64,000 bases of DNA from a virus, in the IMG/VR virus record IMGVR_UViG_3300025096_000009, positions 15,618-79,617 of that record; one strand, given 5' to 3'. Each line of letters opens with the position of its first letter. Position 1 is the first letter of the stretch. The position numbers were made by a program, and so were the translations under genes. Of the stretch, positions 63,447-64,000 are shown one piece after another. Below the pieces are notes generated by a model. That model worked only from the letters and a program-made list of their open reading frames with translations. It did no database searches and was not told the origin of the DNA.

Positions 63447-63693
63447 CTTTAGCTTCTTTGTGAAAGTTGATTTTTTCCAAAGTTCTTTTTGATGTAACTT
63501 TCTGTAAGTCCTCTATAGAAAAACCAGTCTGATGAAATTCGTTTTCTTTAATCAAATCAGACAAGATCTTTTTATATAGAATTTCAGTTTCATTAGTCAT
63601 TAGTCTCGACCTTCTTGTGAAAGTTGTACATAATTGGATTGAATGTAGTTGGTGAGATGTAATTCTCAGGGAAGTGATCGATGACTCTATCAA
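63439..63693 (-). CDS. Hypothetical protein (start probably MTNET, 63600)
   Basis: ORF; 5' part overlaps its neighbour. Confidence 0.45.
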   Translation of the reverse strand: MIESSITSLRITSHQLHSIQLCTTFTRRSRLMTNETEILYKKILSDLIKENEFHQTGFSIEDLQKVTSKRTLEKINFHKEAKDV

Positions 63694-63883
63694 CTTGTAT
63701 TGGAGGAAGTTGATATACCCCTGTGAGGTAGTCTTGGATGTCTTCTTTAGTCCAACTGATGTCGATATTGGGGAAAATATCTAGCAGGATTGTTGCTGCT
63801 TCTTCCCCTTTAATTCCTCCGTCAGCTATTAAGCTGAGAAGTGCGGCTTGTTCCATATCTTTTTCAGTAGGTTCGTAGATCAT
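63593..63883 (-). CDS. Hypothetical protein
   Basis: ORF. Confidence 0.5.
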   Translation of the reverse strand: MIYEPTEKDMEQAALLSLIADGGIKGEEAATILLDIFPNIDISWTKEDIQDYLTGVYQLPPIQVDRVIDHFPENYISPTTFNPIMYNFHKKVETND

Positions 63884-64000
63884 TTAGATATGAGAGGGGA
63901 TACATAGACCGTAATGTCTTGTGTAGTTTTGCCTGTGTCAATAGCAATCTGCTTTTCAGCTTCAAGTTCGTGTTCTAAACGAACGATGTCAGCTTCAAAT

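Noticed and set aside
1-64000. Claim that the phage lacks portal, large terminase, psbD or an active endolysin
   Set aside because: The window begins at the capsid gene and is probably not the whole genome, so absence cannot be concluded

Overview
The window is about 64 kb of a lytic-type marine cyanophage genome (AT-rich, no integrase or CRISPR seen). 1-16.7 kb is the virion module: major capsid protein, small disordered proteins, and tail and fibre genes. 16.7-24.6 kb holds an SNase nuclease, a cyanophage membrane/secreted-protein cluster, a C39-like peptidase, a prolyl hydroxylase, an NblA-like protein and a GH24 lysozyme-like protein. 24.6-30.4 kb holds DNA-modification and HNH-like genes and a candidate origin. 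31.8-36.1 kb has two more mosaic tail fibres. 36-49 kb has hli, a SET protein, an outer-membrane beta-barrel, a PrimPol-D5 primase-helicase, an exonuclease, SSB, a second NblA-like protein and a T7-like family A DNA polymerase. 50-53.7 kb has a structured RNA, a DUF4278-like peptide with an NtcA box, an Asp/Asn hydroxylase and psbA. 54-64 kb is mostly small minus-strand genes, plus a Hint-domain coiled-coil protein, a kinase-fold protein and a manA-like structured RNA. The D1 sequence points to a Prochlorococcus-type host. No portal, large terminase, RNA polymerase or psbD was recognised in the window. The best leads are: (1) a dispersed set of disordered proteins sharing short motifs, a possible capsid-cargo targeting code that also tags a kinase and a self-cleaving Hint protein; (2) a possible nitrogen-control circuit made of an NtcA box, a DUF4278 peptide and a complementary RNA downstream of psbA; (3) two pseudoknotted ncRNAs; (4) tail-fibre tip cassettes bracketed by conserved DNA; (5) several enzymes with replaced catalytic residues. 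All family calls come from motif recognition by eye; no database search was run.
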